A stretch of 64,000 bases of DNA from Octopus sinensis (Eukaryota): assembly GCF_006345805.1 (NCBI RefSeq), contig NC_042998.1, positions 3,596,001 to 3,660,000 on the forward strand, given 5' to 3'. Position numbers and translations under genes: made by a program. Below, piece after piece: positions 38,543 to 50,819 of the stretch. The notes under the pieces were generated by a model. That model ran no database searches, was not told where the DNA came from, and was given only the letters and a program-made list of their open reading frames with translations. Position 1 is the first letter of the stretch; every line of letters starts with the position of its first letter.

Positions 38543-38546
<4 letters not shown>
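38345..38546 (-). mobile_element. Putative Penelope-like tail between TA-rich tracts
   Basis: Minus strand TTC-TTGTCGA-AGA...TTC-GAAA-CG-TA-GAG, then CTGAAGAAGGG. Confidence 0.5.
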
Positions 38547-38575
<29 letters not shown>

Positions 38576-38579
<4 letters not shown>

Positions 38580-38835
38580 TAGAAAAAAACCACCTTTTAT
38601 CGATTCAACAATGAACAGATTAAATTATACCATATAGAAAAAAATTACATCCTATAGAAATAATTAAATATAAGATAAAAACATATGCCAATTACTAAGT
38701 AATGTGCACATTACTTAATAATTGGCATATGTTTTTATCTTATTTAATTTTTTCTATAGGATGTAATTTTTTTCTATATGGTATAATTTAATCTGTTCAT
38801 TGTTGAATCGATAAAAGGTGGTTTTTTTCTAATTT
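38576..38835. mobile_element. Near-perfect 260-bp palindromic (fold-back) element in (TA)n
   Basis: Centred on GTGCAC (38704-38709) with no spacer. Arms differ by two substitutions and one 2-bp indel. Confidence 0.93.
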
Positions 38836-38842
38836 ATATATA

Positions 38843-38873
<31 letters not shown>

Positions 38874-38929
38874 ATCATATTGTGTGTGTGTGTGTGTACC
38901 GATAGCTATCCTTACATTTGTTTCTAACA

Positions 38930-39318
38930 TAGGTACAAAAATTACAAATTGGTGGGGCGGGTGATAGTCAATCAAATCGAATCTAGTACCACTCTGATAT
39001 TTCATTTTATCGAACTCGAAAGCCTGAAAAGTAAAGTTTACCTTAGCATGACTTGAACTCAGAACATAAAGAACCGGTGTGAATACCTGTTTCTTTACTA
39101 CCCACAAGGGGCTAAACACAGAGATGACAAACAAGGACAGACAAATGGATTAAGTCGATTATATCGACGCCAGTGCGTAACTGGTACTTATTTAACCGAC
39201 CTCGAAAGGATGAAAGGCAAAGTCGACCTCAGCGGAATTTGAACTCAGAACGTAGCGGCAGGCGAAATACCGCTAAGTATTTCGCCCGGCGTGTTATCGT
39301 GTCTGCCAGCTCGCCACC
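38930..39318 (-). mobile_element. Two tandem SINE group B copies
   Basis: Full copy ~39085-39318 plus a diverged partial copy ~38930-39085. Confidence 0.88.
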
Positions 39319-40355
39319 TTATAATACCGGTGTAAATACCGCAAGGCGTGTCTAGCGCTCCAAAAATTCTGCGAAACGACAGCCTCAAGCTGTGTAACTA
39401 CAGTTAAAACATAAAATGTATCAATGTAATGTACTGACAAAAGATTATTCACCACGTCGCCCTTTGTCAATAAATTGGCTTCATCTGTAGAGTTTAAGCA
39501 TATCCTTTCCTCTGAGAAAAAAGTATGTCAATGTCGTGTGCATCTCTCAGTCATTGCTTATTGTAAAATTCGTGATGCTACAGTAGGCAAGGGCAATTCA
39601 GATAGTCACGATGACATTAAATGTGCGCTACCACAATTACATAACATTAAAATACCAAATACAAATATGTTAGCAGACAGAATAAAATACTTGTCGATTA
39701 CTAACAACAAAACAGCAATAAGTACAACATTAAAAATAAAAACAGGAACAAGAACAATAACGACAACGACACAAGAACTTGAGGAGTTTAATTGTTAAGA
39801 CACTTGTATTAGTTTTGTATGGGGTAACCGGTTTTCAATGGAATTCCGTAGCGAAATAAAAACGAGAAGAATGCACTATATTTTCCCTGACATACGTCCA
39901 GAAACTGGCTGCAATATTATTATTATTATTATTTCACTGACACTTTTATACAAACATTTTGAAACTAGCCAGACATTTCCAAAAGTACAGATCGAAGATA
40001 GAAGGCTAAAATAGCCAGGCATTCATTTACGAATGCTCGCTATTTCTCACTCTGTGTGTGTGTAATACATATATATGTATATATATATATATATATATAC
40101 CTTCTGGCTGCTTGCTTTATAAAGGTCAGTCTGAAATGTATCTCTTTCCTTATAAAGAGAATCTAAATGGATGGAAGATTCCAGTTAATGTGCCCATTCA
40201 TTTCAGTTGCTCATAAACCATTTAATGCTTTCGTCTAGAGTTGCTCTTCTATTCAACACAGAATGTTTTACACAAGTTATTTTGCTGTCGATTGCCTGCT
40301 AGCCATGGATACCAAACGCTTAAAACTGTTTCTTTACAGATACAATTCCACACAT

Positions 40356-40394
<39 letters not shown>

Positions 40395-40644
40395 TATAAA
40401 ATCTCAACCACGGGCAAATACAGGTATATCAAATGCCTTACAACATAAATTCCTGATTCAGTTATATTATTTCACTCTCTAGAGGATGTGTCATAATTAA
40501 ATGGCTACTGGAGATAAGCCAGGACTAGTGTTATGCAGATGATGGCTATTAAAACACGTTTCACGACTGTCTTCTTAAATCCGGACAATAAGACTGTTCT
40601 TTTCCTCAATCGTATGTCGACTTTGGAGCATCCTTAATTCTTCA

Positions 40645-41820
40645 GATTATCACCCCTTCTCATAAGATTTTTTTATACTTCTTTTATTTTTCAAATTTAA
40701 GATAAACAAAGTTCTTTTTTAATCTAAATTATACTCTCCTTCATTTTCTACAATGCTCTTCCATCTATCTGGTAGTCTTGCAAGGTCCCTCTTCCAAAAT
40801 TCACTTGTCCGTCACGAAAAATACTCCTCCAGTACTGTGCTGAACTCGTCTACAGAATTCATATTTTATCCGTCCAAATGATTTTGAAGATTGCAGAATA
40901 GATAATAATCAGATGGGACAATGTTTGGCATATATGGTGGGTGAGGCATCGTTTCCCATCCAAACTGCTCCAGCCTTTGGAATGTCATCCTCACTGTATG
41001 TGGCCGAGCATTATCCTGATGGAAGAACACCTTTCGTCTTGAAACCGAAGGCAGTCGTTTTTCTTCTAGCGCTGACTTAAGTCACTCAAGCTGTTCACAG
41101 TAGATCTCCTTTGTTATCATTTGGCTTGGGTTTAAAAGTTCAAAGTGAACTAAACCTTTCATATCACACCAAACAGATAACAACAGCTTAAGTGGTTGAA
41201 GACCTTCTTTGGCTTGGGGTGCCGGTGTTTCTCCTTTCCCTACCCACTGTCTTCGGCGCTTGACATTTTTATAGAGAACCCATTTCTCCTCACCAGTCAC
41301 TATTCTGTCCAAAAAAGATAAATTCGTGAGACGTGAGAGCATTCACTCTCTGCTCGCGTTAAGACTCGGAAAGTTTGTGAGGAACCTATTGACCCAATTT
41401 GCTGACTTTTCCGATGGCACGTAGGTGTCGATGAATTCTTGAATGACCAAATCCAAGCTTCTCTGCTAGTTCATCAACAGTTACGATAGGATTTTGTTCC
41501 ACCAAGATTTGCAGGACGACCTCGTCAAGCTCTACAGATCTTCCAGGACGAGGCTCGACTTCTAGGCTGTAGTTTCCGGTTCGGATTTCTGGAATGACCG
41601 CTGACACTGGCTTACACTTATTGTCCGATTCCTCTATACTGCATTAATATTTCTCGCACTTTCCGTTGCGTTGTTACCTTTATTGAACTCATAAGGCAAA
41701 ATATGCCGAATATGCTCCTTTGTCACTTCCATTATAGCTTTGAAAAAATAGCTGTTAAGATCGAACTGCTCTCCTCAAAACTTGCACTAAGAATAAGGAC
41801 AAGGTAAAATTACTACCTAC
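40645..41820 (-). mobile_element. Mariner (DD34D) element; near full-length dead transposase at ~40719-41732
   Basis: MEVTKEHIRHIL..., EPRPGRS, VPHKL, RIVTGEEKW, HQDNARPH-(34 aa between Ds)-PSDYYLF, ...NEGEYNLD*. Contains internal stops and frameshifts. Confidence 0.95.
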
Positions 41821-41821
41821 C

Positions 41822-42535
41822 TTTATAGCAAGTTCCTCGCTGTCTCCCTGGGATAATCTCTGAAAACCACCTTGGTCACCAGTTTTGTCTTGGCGTTGTA
41901 GTCTGAACTGTTGCCGTCTTCCTCAACCGCGTCCCACACATAGTGAATGATTAGGGTTACAATCAGAAGAATTAGAAGTCCGGAAATTGGAGCTAGTGAA
42001 GTCGCAAACACTCTTCCATAACCACTTCTGTCACTTTCAAGAGATATGTCAAGGACTTAAGTACTGTTGCCACACGTATGGCCTTCCAGCAGCAGCTCTT
42101 TTCAGCCAACATTTGATTGCAGTCTCTAGCAGCTTCACGTAGGCATTTGAATTGAGCCTAAGGCCCTGTTCAAGGACATTAGTAGGCATGACATCACCCT
42201 CACTGAAGACACTTACAAACACACACACAAAGACCATCACAGTTTGAGAGAACTTCATTTTCATGATGTCCATGTTAAGTCTTACATCCTTTACAGTGAT
42301 GACAGAGCATTGAGTAGCAATGATGACGTCGGCGTTTTGATTCCCGACCTGAAACATTATGATGCAATTAACTGTTCCATTATTCAGATAGTTTCCAGTC
42401 CTCTATGTCAGTTAACTTTTTCTCAACTACGTCTTTAGTCTTAATGCTCTCCAACGCCTCTGCTTACCAATGCATCAAGCTGTTCGTGAAAAAGGGTAAC
42501 TTAAAAGAATTGTCAATTTTAGCCCGAACACCCTG
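41822..42535 (-). mobile_element. Decayed Tc1/mariner-superfamily element of DD37D (maT)-like type
   Basis: QTVMVF..SEGDVMP..EQGLRLNSNAYVKLLE...AGRPYVWQQ, HYVWDAVE. TIR-like CAGGGTGTTCGGGCTAAAATTGAC on the minus strand from 42535. The D-D spacing cannot be counted because of frameshifts. Confidence 0.75.
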
Positions 42536-42540
42536 TGTAT

Positions 42541-42598
<58 letters not shown>

Positions 42599-43081
42599 GT
42601 GCATGTACTCACACACACTTACACATGTATGTGGAGTTGTATGAAGTAGGTGTAGGTGTGGATTTTGTCAATTTGCGGCGTGAAAAGCGGAATATTGACA
42701 GACATTAAAGCGTCGGATAGAAGAGCTTGCAGTAATTGTCCCAATTCTATTCGTTCGAAATTCAAATTCCAATGAGTTCAACTTTGCCTTTCGTCTTTTC
42801 TTGGTCGATGAATCAAGAGCAATCCAATCGTGATCATCCTCTCTTTTAAAATTTATCTGGGGCTAAATCATTTGTTTCCATCCTTTTTTTTTCTTCTTAA
42901 ACCTTAGGGCATACTTTTGAGGAATATTTAGCTGCTATTACTTGGGGGCTGCAGGACTGTGTGGACGCTTCTGCGTAAGAATAACCAGATAAAAATTATT
43001 AATCAAGTTAATGGAGTGAAGAGGACAGGTAAACCAAAGAAGGAAACTGACAAGGATCAAATTCTCCTCTACTGTATAAAA

Positions 43082-43422
43082 GGGTGAAGAACCCTCTTCG
43101 GTCATGAATGACCACGGAATTGCACCTAGAAAGCTACCCTCCGAGGCACAAGTCCGGCCAAGGTTATTTATAGAAGACTAGCAGTCGCCCATGCATACCA
43201 GCCTTCTCTCTCCATGACACCGATGTTATCCAAGGGAAAAGCAAAGGTCGATACAGCTTGGCACCAGTGACGTTGCAACTCATTTCTACAGCTGAGTGAA
43301 CAGGAGCAACGTGAAATAAGTGTTTTGCTCGAGAGCATAATATACAACCCGGCCCGGGACTCGAACTCGCTACCTCATGATTGTGAGCCCGACGCTCTAA
43401 CCACTGAGCCATGCGCCTTCAC
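43082..43422 (-). mobile_element. tRNA-derived SINE (group C head, different tail)
   Basis: Minus strand A box TGGCTCAGTGG and B box GTTCGAGTC; possible 10-bp TSD tc(c/t)tctactg. Confidence 0.88.
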
Positions 43423-43885
43423 ATCTTCTACTGGATATTAACTTATTGTCGAGTTATCTCCCTTATTTATCTTAACCCGAATTAGTCATTAAAATAACGT
43501 ATTTTCCTCCTCACTGCAAGTATAAGTTTTATCAAAATGTCTTCCTCACTACACAGAATATGTTAACGGCCACTTTACTAAGGCAACTAAGTAATGAACG
43601 AAGAAGTAGCAGAGGAGAAGTGAGAAGAAAATATGGATGAGATGAATGAAAGTAGCGAGTGGAGTGAAATGAATCTCACTTGATTTAATATTCTTGATAT
43701 TCACACTCCGCATCGCTGCATTCCTTCTTATTTATATCGTTATATGCATTAGAAGCAATGCGAAATTAAAATAAACATCTATGCAACATACTTAATGTAA
43801 ATTGCCTTGCAACGATAATTTTACATTAAGTATAGTATACAACTAGGTAGCTCTTTTTCTCTCTTATATAAAAATATTTCAGTAA

Positions 43886-44209
43886 TTAGACTGCGGTCAT
43901 GCTGAGGCACCGCCTTGAGTAATATTAGACGAATAGATTGACCCCGCTTGGTACTTATTCTATCAGTCTCTTTTGCCTAACCGGTAAGTTACGCGGACGC
44001 AAGCACACCAACCCCGGCTCCCAAGCGGCAGTGGACACACACACACACATACGAAGGGCTTCTTTCAGTTTTCGTCCACCAAAGCCACTCACACGGTTTG
44101 GTTGGCCCGAGGCCACAGTGGAAGACACTCGCCCAAGGTGCCACGCAGTAGGACTGAAACCCGGATCTATGTGACTGAGGAAACTTCTTACCACAGCCAC
44201 TCCTCCGCA
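43886..44209 (-). mobile_element. SINE group A, diverged
   Basis: Reverse complement of head, middle and tail. Confidence 0.85.
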
Positions 44210-44246
44210 CACACACACACACACATCGGATTATGTTTTACCGATG

Positions 44247-44285
<39 letters not shown>

Positions 44286-44291
44286 ATATAT

Positions 44292-44322
<31 letters not shown>

Positions 44323-44323
44323 T

Positions 44324-44441
44324 CCTTTTTGTCGAAGGCGTAGGCTCGAAACGTAAAAGAATTTCTCACTTCCTGAGCGTTAAATTAATACATCTGTTTG
44401 TTGTTTACACACCGTCTTCGTCTTTTGTTTCTTGTAAATTC

Positions 44442-44445
<4 letters not shown>
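44324..44445 (+). mobile_element. Putative Penelope-like tail between (TG)n and (TA)n
   Basis: CTTT-TTGTCGA-AGGC-GTAG-GCTC-GAAA-CG-TA-AAAG at 44325-44359. Confidence 0.55.
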
Positions 44446-44484
<39 letters not shown>

Positions 44485-44599
44485 AGGAAAGAGATCTTAT
44501 TCATTCTGAGTAAAATATATTTCTACTCATTCATCGATCATGATGAAATAAACCAGGTCCCTCGAAAATAGGATGGCATACTGGCCAACCACGGGCAAT

Positions 44600-44945
44600 A
44601 AATTACAAAACCCTTACATTCTCTCGATTACCTGTTATTCAGACTGCCTCATGGTCCCAGCAGACAATATGGCAAAGGCGTTGCCCTGGAAGATGGCAAG
44701 GAGGATGCGCTGAAACAGCCACTCTGACTCACGTGGCTCGCACTTGCAGACAGCTATCTCTTCCACAGGAGACAGCTGGAGGGCGAGAACGCCGGAGGTC
44801 TTCAATGGCATAGGCCCGACTATAAACCTATCAGAAAACGACAGACATTTTGGCAGTTTTCTTTTTTCAGCCTGACGAGCAGCGGAGCCTGGGCTGGTAG
44901 CTGAGCACACTAAGTTGCCGCTGCAAGTGTCACGGCAGGCGTCTC
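44600..44945 (-). mobile_element. CRE-clade non-LTR retrotransposon 3' fragment
   Basis: SDRFIVGPMPLKTSGVL...EPRESEWLFQRILLAIFQGNAFAIL matches the recalled CRE-type C-terminal motif (F.P.AVET.G...EPRE..WLFQRISLAV.RGNA). Confidence 0.65.
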
Positions 44946-45661
44946 ACCCGTAAAATTCCATTTTTATTTTTCAAACAGTGTATAGAGCGGCGTTTATTTC
45001 AAAGTTATCCTCTAGTTCGCTCAAGTGAGACATAATAGCTAAATCTCCTTCGAGTTACTCCCTATCCTCTTAAAAAAGAAGACCATACTGAATCAAATAA
45101 CCTACTGTCTAAATTAACAGACTTGATAGTCACGCTTGGAATGCCTACGACCACAAATCTATTTATCTTCGCTGACCTGGGGCTAATAACTACAACAGCA
45201 GCAACCTTTTTGTTTTTCACGATGTTGGGGTGTGCTTAGTGCAAGATTTGGCGGGTATTGCTTGCAAGGAAATACCGTGTAGCAAGTAACAGTTAACAGC
45301 AAATAAGAAAGTATTTAAAATATGGTCTGTACTCATATGATAAATGTAATAATTATAAATAAAAACTAGAGGGGAAGCATTTTATTATGGATCAAAGTGA
45401 ACCCTACAGGGAGTGACAGACTTTCAAGTTAATAGGGTGTTAGATTGCCAGCCAAACGACTTATGATCTGTATCCAATCAACGTTATTGTGGAGTCTCCA
45501 TGGCTAATACGTTTAACTATTGTTGACCCAGTCGAAACAGTTGTAATTAAGGTATATTAGGAAGTGAAGGTCACCTTGAATGGAGCCAGAGTGGCATTTT
45601 ATCGTATTTGTACACAGAGACGTACAGGCGTGTGTATGTATTTTCGTCTATATGCGCCCGC

Positions 45662-45692
<31 letters not shown>

Positions 45693-45879
45693 TGCGTGTG
45701 TATACATGCGTATCTATACACACACAAATATATCTATCTATATCCCTCCGTCTGGCTGGCTGTCTGTCCCTCCCTTCCTCGTTCTCTCATTCCACTCTCT
45801 CTCCTTTTTTCTCTCCCTCCTTACATATGTAAGCAAAAGTAGAGTATGCAATATAATGTAGCGTGACATATCTATCTAT

Positions 45880-45937
45880 CTTTCTACACACACTCGCACA
45901 ACTACACACACGCACAACTACACACACACACACACAC

Positions 45938-45988
<51 letters not shown>

Positions 45989-46120
45989 CTACACACTCAC
46001 ACACACACACACCTACACACACACACCTACACACACACACCTACACACACACCTACACACACACACCTACACACACACACCTACACACACACCTACACAC
46101 ACACAACTACACACACACAC

Positions 46121-46167
<47 letters not shown>

Positions 46168-46172
46168 CGCGC
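45880..46172. repeat. (CA)n array with periodic CT interruptions
   Basis: Repeating acctacacacac / aactacacacac units. Confidence 0.95.
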
Positions 46173-46541
46173 ACAGGTATATGTATAACTCACTCACAGG
46201 GCATTTGGCAGCTCAAGTTACGCCGAGAGCCTACGAGTTTCATCTTTTATCAAATATTCATCGATTGAAATATAAATTTGCGCAAGACACGCCCGCACGC
46301 CCACACGAACATCTATAGAGGTTCACACATACATTTACTTTTACGTTCAATGGTTTCAGCCAGAAGTTGTGCTATGCGGGGTGCACCAACTCTGAAATAA
46401 CATGGCAGCAGTGTGCGTATCTATGTCTTTCAGTTTTATTTCAAGATTTCTTGCCAATAGAGTAAGTCAGTTTCTATCCTAGATCCAAAGCTCCTTTATG
46501 TATGTATGTATATACGTATGTATGTATGTATGTATGTATAG

Positions 46542-46940
46542 GTGCAGGAGTGGCTGTGTGGTAAGTAGCTTGCTAACCAACCACATGGTTCCGGGTTCAG
46601 TCCCACTGCGTGGCATCTTGGGCAAGTGTCTTCTGCTATAGCCTCGGGCCGACCAATGCCTTGTGAGTGGATTTGGTAGACGGAAACTGAAAGAAGCCTG
46701 TCATATATATGTATGTATATATGTCTGTGTGAATATGTTTGTGTGCCTGTGTTTGTCCCCCTAGCATTACTTGACAACCGATGCTGGTGTGTTTACGTCC
46801 CCGTAACTTAGCGGTTCGGCAAAAGAGACCGATAGAATAAGTACAAGGCTTACAAAGAATAAGGCCCGGGGTCGATTTGCTCGACTAAAGGCGGTGCTCC
46901 AGCATGGCCGCAGTCAAATGACTGAAGCAAGTAAAAGAGT
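46542..46940 (+). mobile_element. SINE group A, full length, inserted in a (TATG)n tract
   Basis: Same architecture as the 9182 copy. Confidence 0.95.
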
Positions 46941-47221
46941 ATGTATATACGTGTGTGTATCGGGAAAAGGTTGAAGAATCGTTGTTTCAGACATAAATAC
47001 ATTGCAAGTATTTCACGTCAACTTCATCCATTTTACAACGAGGTCGTCTTGACCTCGACAAGGCATATATCTCTTTGCTGGCAAAATATCGACAAGGTAT
47101 GTCACTTAACGGGCAAAATATCGGCTTGGTTCTAATGACTATCATGGTCAATTCAAGGCTACAGCATTTCTTATTCCTGTTCGTCTTCAAAACCAATATT
47201 AGCTATAAACTTATTTAGACA

Positions 47222-48031
47222 AGTTAGTTAGTTAGTTAGTTAGTTAATTTGGCTCAAAAGCAAATAGCAAGGCCATGTAGGGGGACATGGAGTTAAGTAC
47301 AGGGTGGTGTTCATGTAAAGAGTTCAGGCCACTTGAGGTCCAGGGAGGCTTTGAACAAAGCGGTCGTCGGCATCTTCACCATCTAATCTGGCAGCTTGTT
47401 CCACGGATCCGCAACCCGGACGGAGAAAGCTCCTCTCCTTCGATTGAGATGAAATCGTCGCAGGTAGAGCTTTTCGGAATGACCCCGCAGCCGACGCTCC
47501 GGAGCAGGAGTGAAGAACAGCTCTTTCGAGAGGTTACACTTCCCGCTTATGATGTTGTGGGCGAGAATGAGATCACCACGGCGGCGGCGTTTTTCAAGAG
47601 AATAAAGGTCGAGCGTCCTCAGCCTTTCTTCGTAGGACAAATTTTTGAGACCATGAACCAGGCGGGTAGCCAGCCTCTGGACTCTTTCGAGGTGCTGTAT
47701 GTCTTTGAGGAGATAAGGAGAAGAGGCTTGAATCCCATACTCCAATATGGGTCTCACCAGCGTGACATAGAGTGGCAGGAATATGGCTGCTGTGAGCACT
47801 CCGAATGACCGTCGAATCAAAAACAGAATTCCGCGCGCTTTGTTGGCAGCATGGACGCACTGGGCCGAAGGCGAAAAGGAGGAATCCACCAAGATACCCA
47901 GGTCCTTTACCTGATCGGTCCTCTCCAGCAGCAGACGACCCGGCTCGAAATCAAGTTGAGTTGCAGGAGTAGAGCCGACAGGCAGATGACAGCACTTTGA
48001 CACGTTCAGACACAGGTCCCACTCCTGCACC
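47222..48031 (-). mobile_element. 5'-truncated young CR1-type LINE (RT C-terminus) with (TAAC)n tail
   Basis: Uninterrupted 215-aa frame with KDLG, LVRPILEY, LERVQRLATRLV, LYSLEKRRRRGDLI, WNKLP. One stop and a small indel near the end relative to the 28487 copy. Confidence 0.95.
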
Positions 48032-48408
48032 TATACATACATACAGACAAAAGTGAATTAAAAATAATATAGTCCTTTGATCCCTTTGCTTCGTGCACGC
48101 CTGTTCAAGCCAAACCTAATTTTCCTATAAATGTGAATGCTATTTTTTAAAATACCATTTATCCAACAACGCCGTGTTCGATGTATGAAACCGCACCTGT
48201 TTAAATTTTATCTGTAGATGGTGGATTATATGTTACGTATAATGTAACCTATGAATGCAATAATAAAATTCTAACGAAACGGATGTTGTAAATTTCAAAC
48301 GTAATTTGTGTTCTCTTTCCATGTGTGTGTGTGTGTGTGTTTATGCATCTGTAATAGAATTAATGCATTTTACTAGCAATGTTGGCGGGCACGTGCGAAT
48401 GCGTAAGC

Positions 48409-48439
<31 letters not shown>

Positions 48440-48719
48440 GGCACACTCATATTTAAAATTTTAAGAAAAAGTTCCTGATACAATATGCGGAAGAGCGTTT
48501 TTTTTCTTTTTTAAATTAAAAACTATCAAAAAAAAAAAGAAAATATTACCCAAAAGAAATGAAAATGCTTTCACAAGAAAATAAGATCTTTCATCATGTC
48601 TGAGTAAATCTTTTAATATGTATTTTTCGTATGTTTTATTTTTAAAGATAATTTTTAATTTAAAAAGCAAATTCTTTCCAAATAAACGCGTGGGTCTGTG
48701 TAGGTGTTTCTGTATATGT

Positions 48720-48953
48720 GTTCGTGTGTGTATGTGTGTATATATATATACACATATATATATATATATACACATATATATATATATATATACACATATA
48801 TATATAAACATATATATAAACATATATATACACATATATATATAAACATATATATATATACACATATATAAACATATATATATACACATATATAAACATA
48901 TATATATACACATATAATAAACATATATATATACACATATATAAACATATATA

Positions 48954-48998
<45 letters not shown>

Positions 48999-49020
48999 CA
49001 TATATATATATATATATATG
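48720..49020. repeat. (TA)n/(CA) compound microsatellite with higher-order catatatataaa units
   Basis: Directly visible. Confidence 0.95.
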
Positions 49021-49482
49021 GGTTGGGGTGTGTTTGTGTGCGTTTTCATGTGTGTGTCTGCATGCGTTTTGCAAGACAGACACAGCAAATACTCATACAA
49101 ATAATATATGGTTGAGAAAGATTTAGATCAGAATGACTAGCAACGGCGAAACACTTTCTTTTATCATTCAGCAACAATGGAAGCATTTCCCTCTTCTCTT
49201 GGCAGAGATTCTTGCTTCTATTATTAGCCAAACAATAACTCCCGGCCTTTTGCTTCGGTATAAATGTCATGATATTTCACAAATTTCGAAGAACATACTT
49301 GTAAAAATGGGTTAATATGTGCATACGTACACACACACACACACACACACATACATATATAAAATATGCATATGTGTGTATATATATTCCTTTATGCATA
49401 TATACTTTTGTATCTCTCTCCCTCCCTCTCTCCCCCTATCTTTCTCTCTCTCTATATATATGTATATATATATATATATATA

Positions 49483-49762
49483 CTAGCAGTATCGCCCGGC
49501 GTTGCTCGGGTTTGTAAGGGAAATAACTATAAAGCATTTTTAGAGAGTTATAGCCAAAAAATGGAAAAAAAAATGATGGTAAATTTTTTTAGTTAAAAAG
49601 GTCGAGTTGCGTCTCCTAGACAGTCTGTGGTTTGTGTTAGTTTTGAATTATGACATTGGGCTATGTGTGTGTCAAGTTTCATCAGAATCGGTTGAAAGCC
49701 GTGGTCAGGGTGAGGGTACAACCTAACAGACACACAGAAACACACACAGACAAACTGCCGTT

Positions 49763-49770
<8 letters not shown>
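49483..49770 (-). mobile_element. Non-autonomous Helitron
   Basis: Minus strand TATATATAAACGGCAG... at the 5' end and cccgagcaacgccgggcgatactgCTAG|T at the 3' end; the 5' TC is lost in a TA expansion. Confidence 0.8.
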
Positions 49771-49813
<43 letters not shown>

Positions 49814-49880
49814 CACACACGCGTGCATATATATATATATATACACACACATATTCCCATATGTATATATATTTATGCGA

Positions 49881-49939
<59 letters not shown>

Positions 49940-50222
49940 CACGCATACACACACATTCGCGTACATACACGCACACTCACATGTACACACGTTTCTTTTT
50001 TACATTTCTAACAGAAAGTGTTAGGCAAATTTCTTGCAGGAAATATTTCTTTCTTTGCTTTTTGTTTCGATCTGTCTATTGATTCTGCTTCTGATATTGT
50101 GACGCAACTGGAATGACCATCAACTGCTTAGATTATTTCACTATCACCTCCCTAGGTCCATGAGTTCAAATCCACAACAAGCCTGCAGTCATCATTTGTT
50201 ATTTTTAAAATTTTTTAATTTT

Positions 50223-50440
50223 TTTACTGCCCACAAGGGGCTAAACATAGAGGGGGGACAAACAAGGACAGACAAACGGATTAAGTCGATTATATCGACC
50301 CCAGTGCGTAACTGGTACTTAATTGATCAACCTCGAAAGGATGAAAGGCAAAGTCGACCTCGACGGAATTTGAACTCAGAATGTAACGACAGACGAAATA
50401 CCGCTAACCATTTCGTCCGGCGTGCTAACGTTTCTGCCAA
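50223..50440 (-). mobile_element. SINE group B, near full length
   Basis: Reverse complement matches 36331-36553. Confidence 0.92.
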
Positions 50441-50819
50441 ATCGACCTCTTTATATACATACCCACTTACAGCCAATTACTCTAAGAATTTGACAGATAC
50501 AGAACTTTATTAGAAAAACAGCAAATATGTTTCTCTATCTATTTATGTCTGTCTGTCTCTGTCCATCCGTCTGTCAATCATATTACTCCTCATAGTCTGT
50601 GGACAGCAAAACTTGCAATTTAAATGGCATATTTCTTCAGTTATTTGTGACTTTATATATTTATTTATTTATTTATTTATTTCTAAACATGAAAAATATG
50701 AAGTAACAGCATCAGTAAAGAAAAAAAAAGATCAAAAAATATATTTTTTTGAATGTTGGAGGTTATATTTAACAAATTATTATACACACTGTCATTTTAG
50801 AAACTATTATTATTCAGAC

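Noticed and set aside
47287-47808. 173-aa plus-strand ORF
   Set aside because: Antisense shadow of the GC-rich CR1-type LINE frame.
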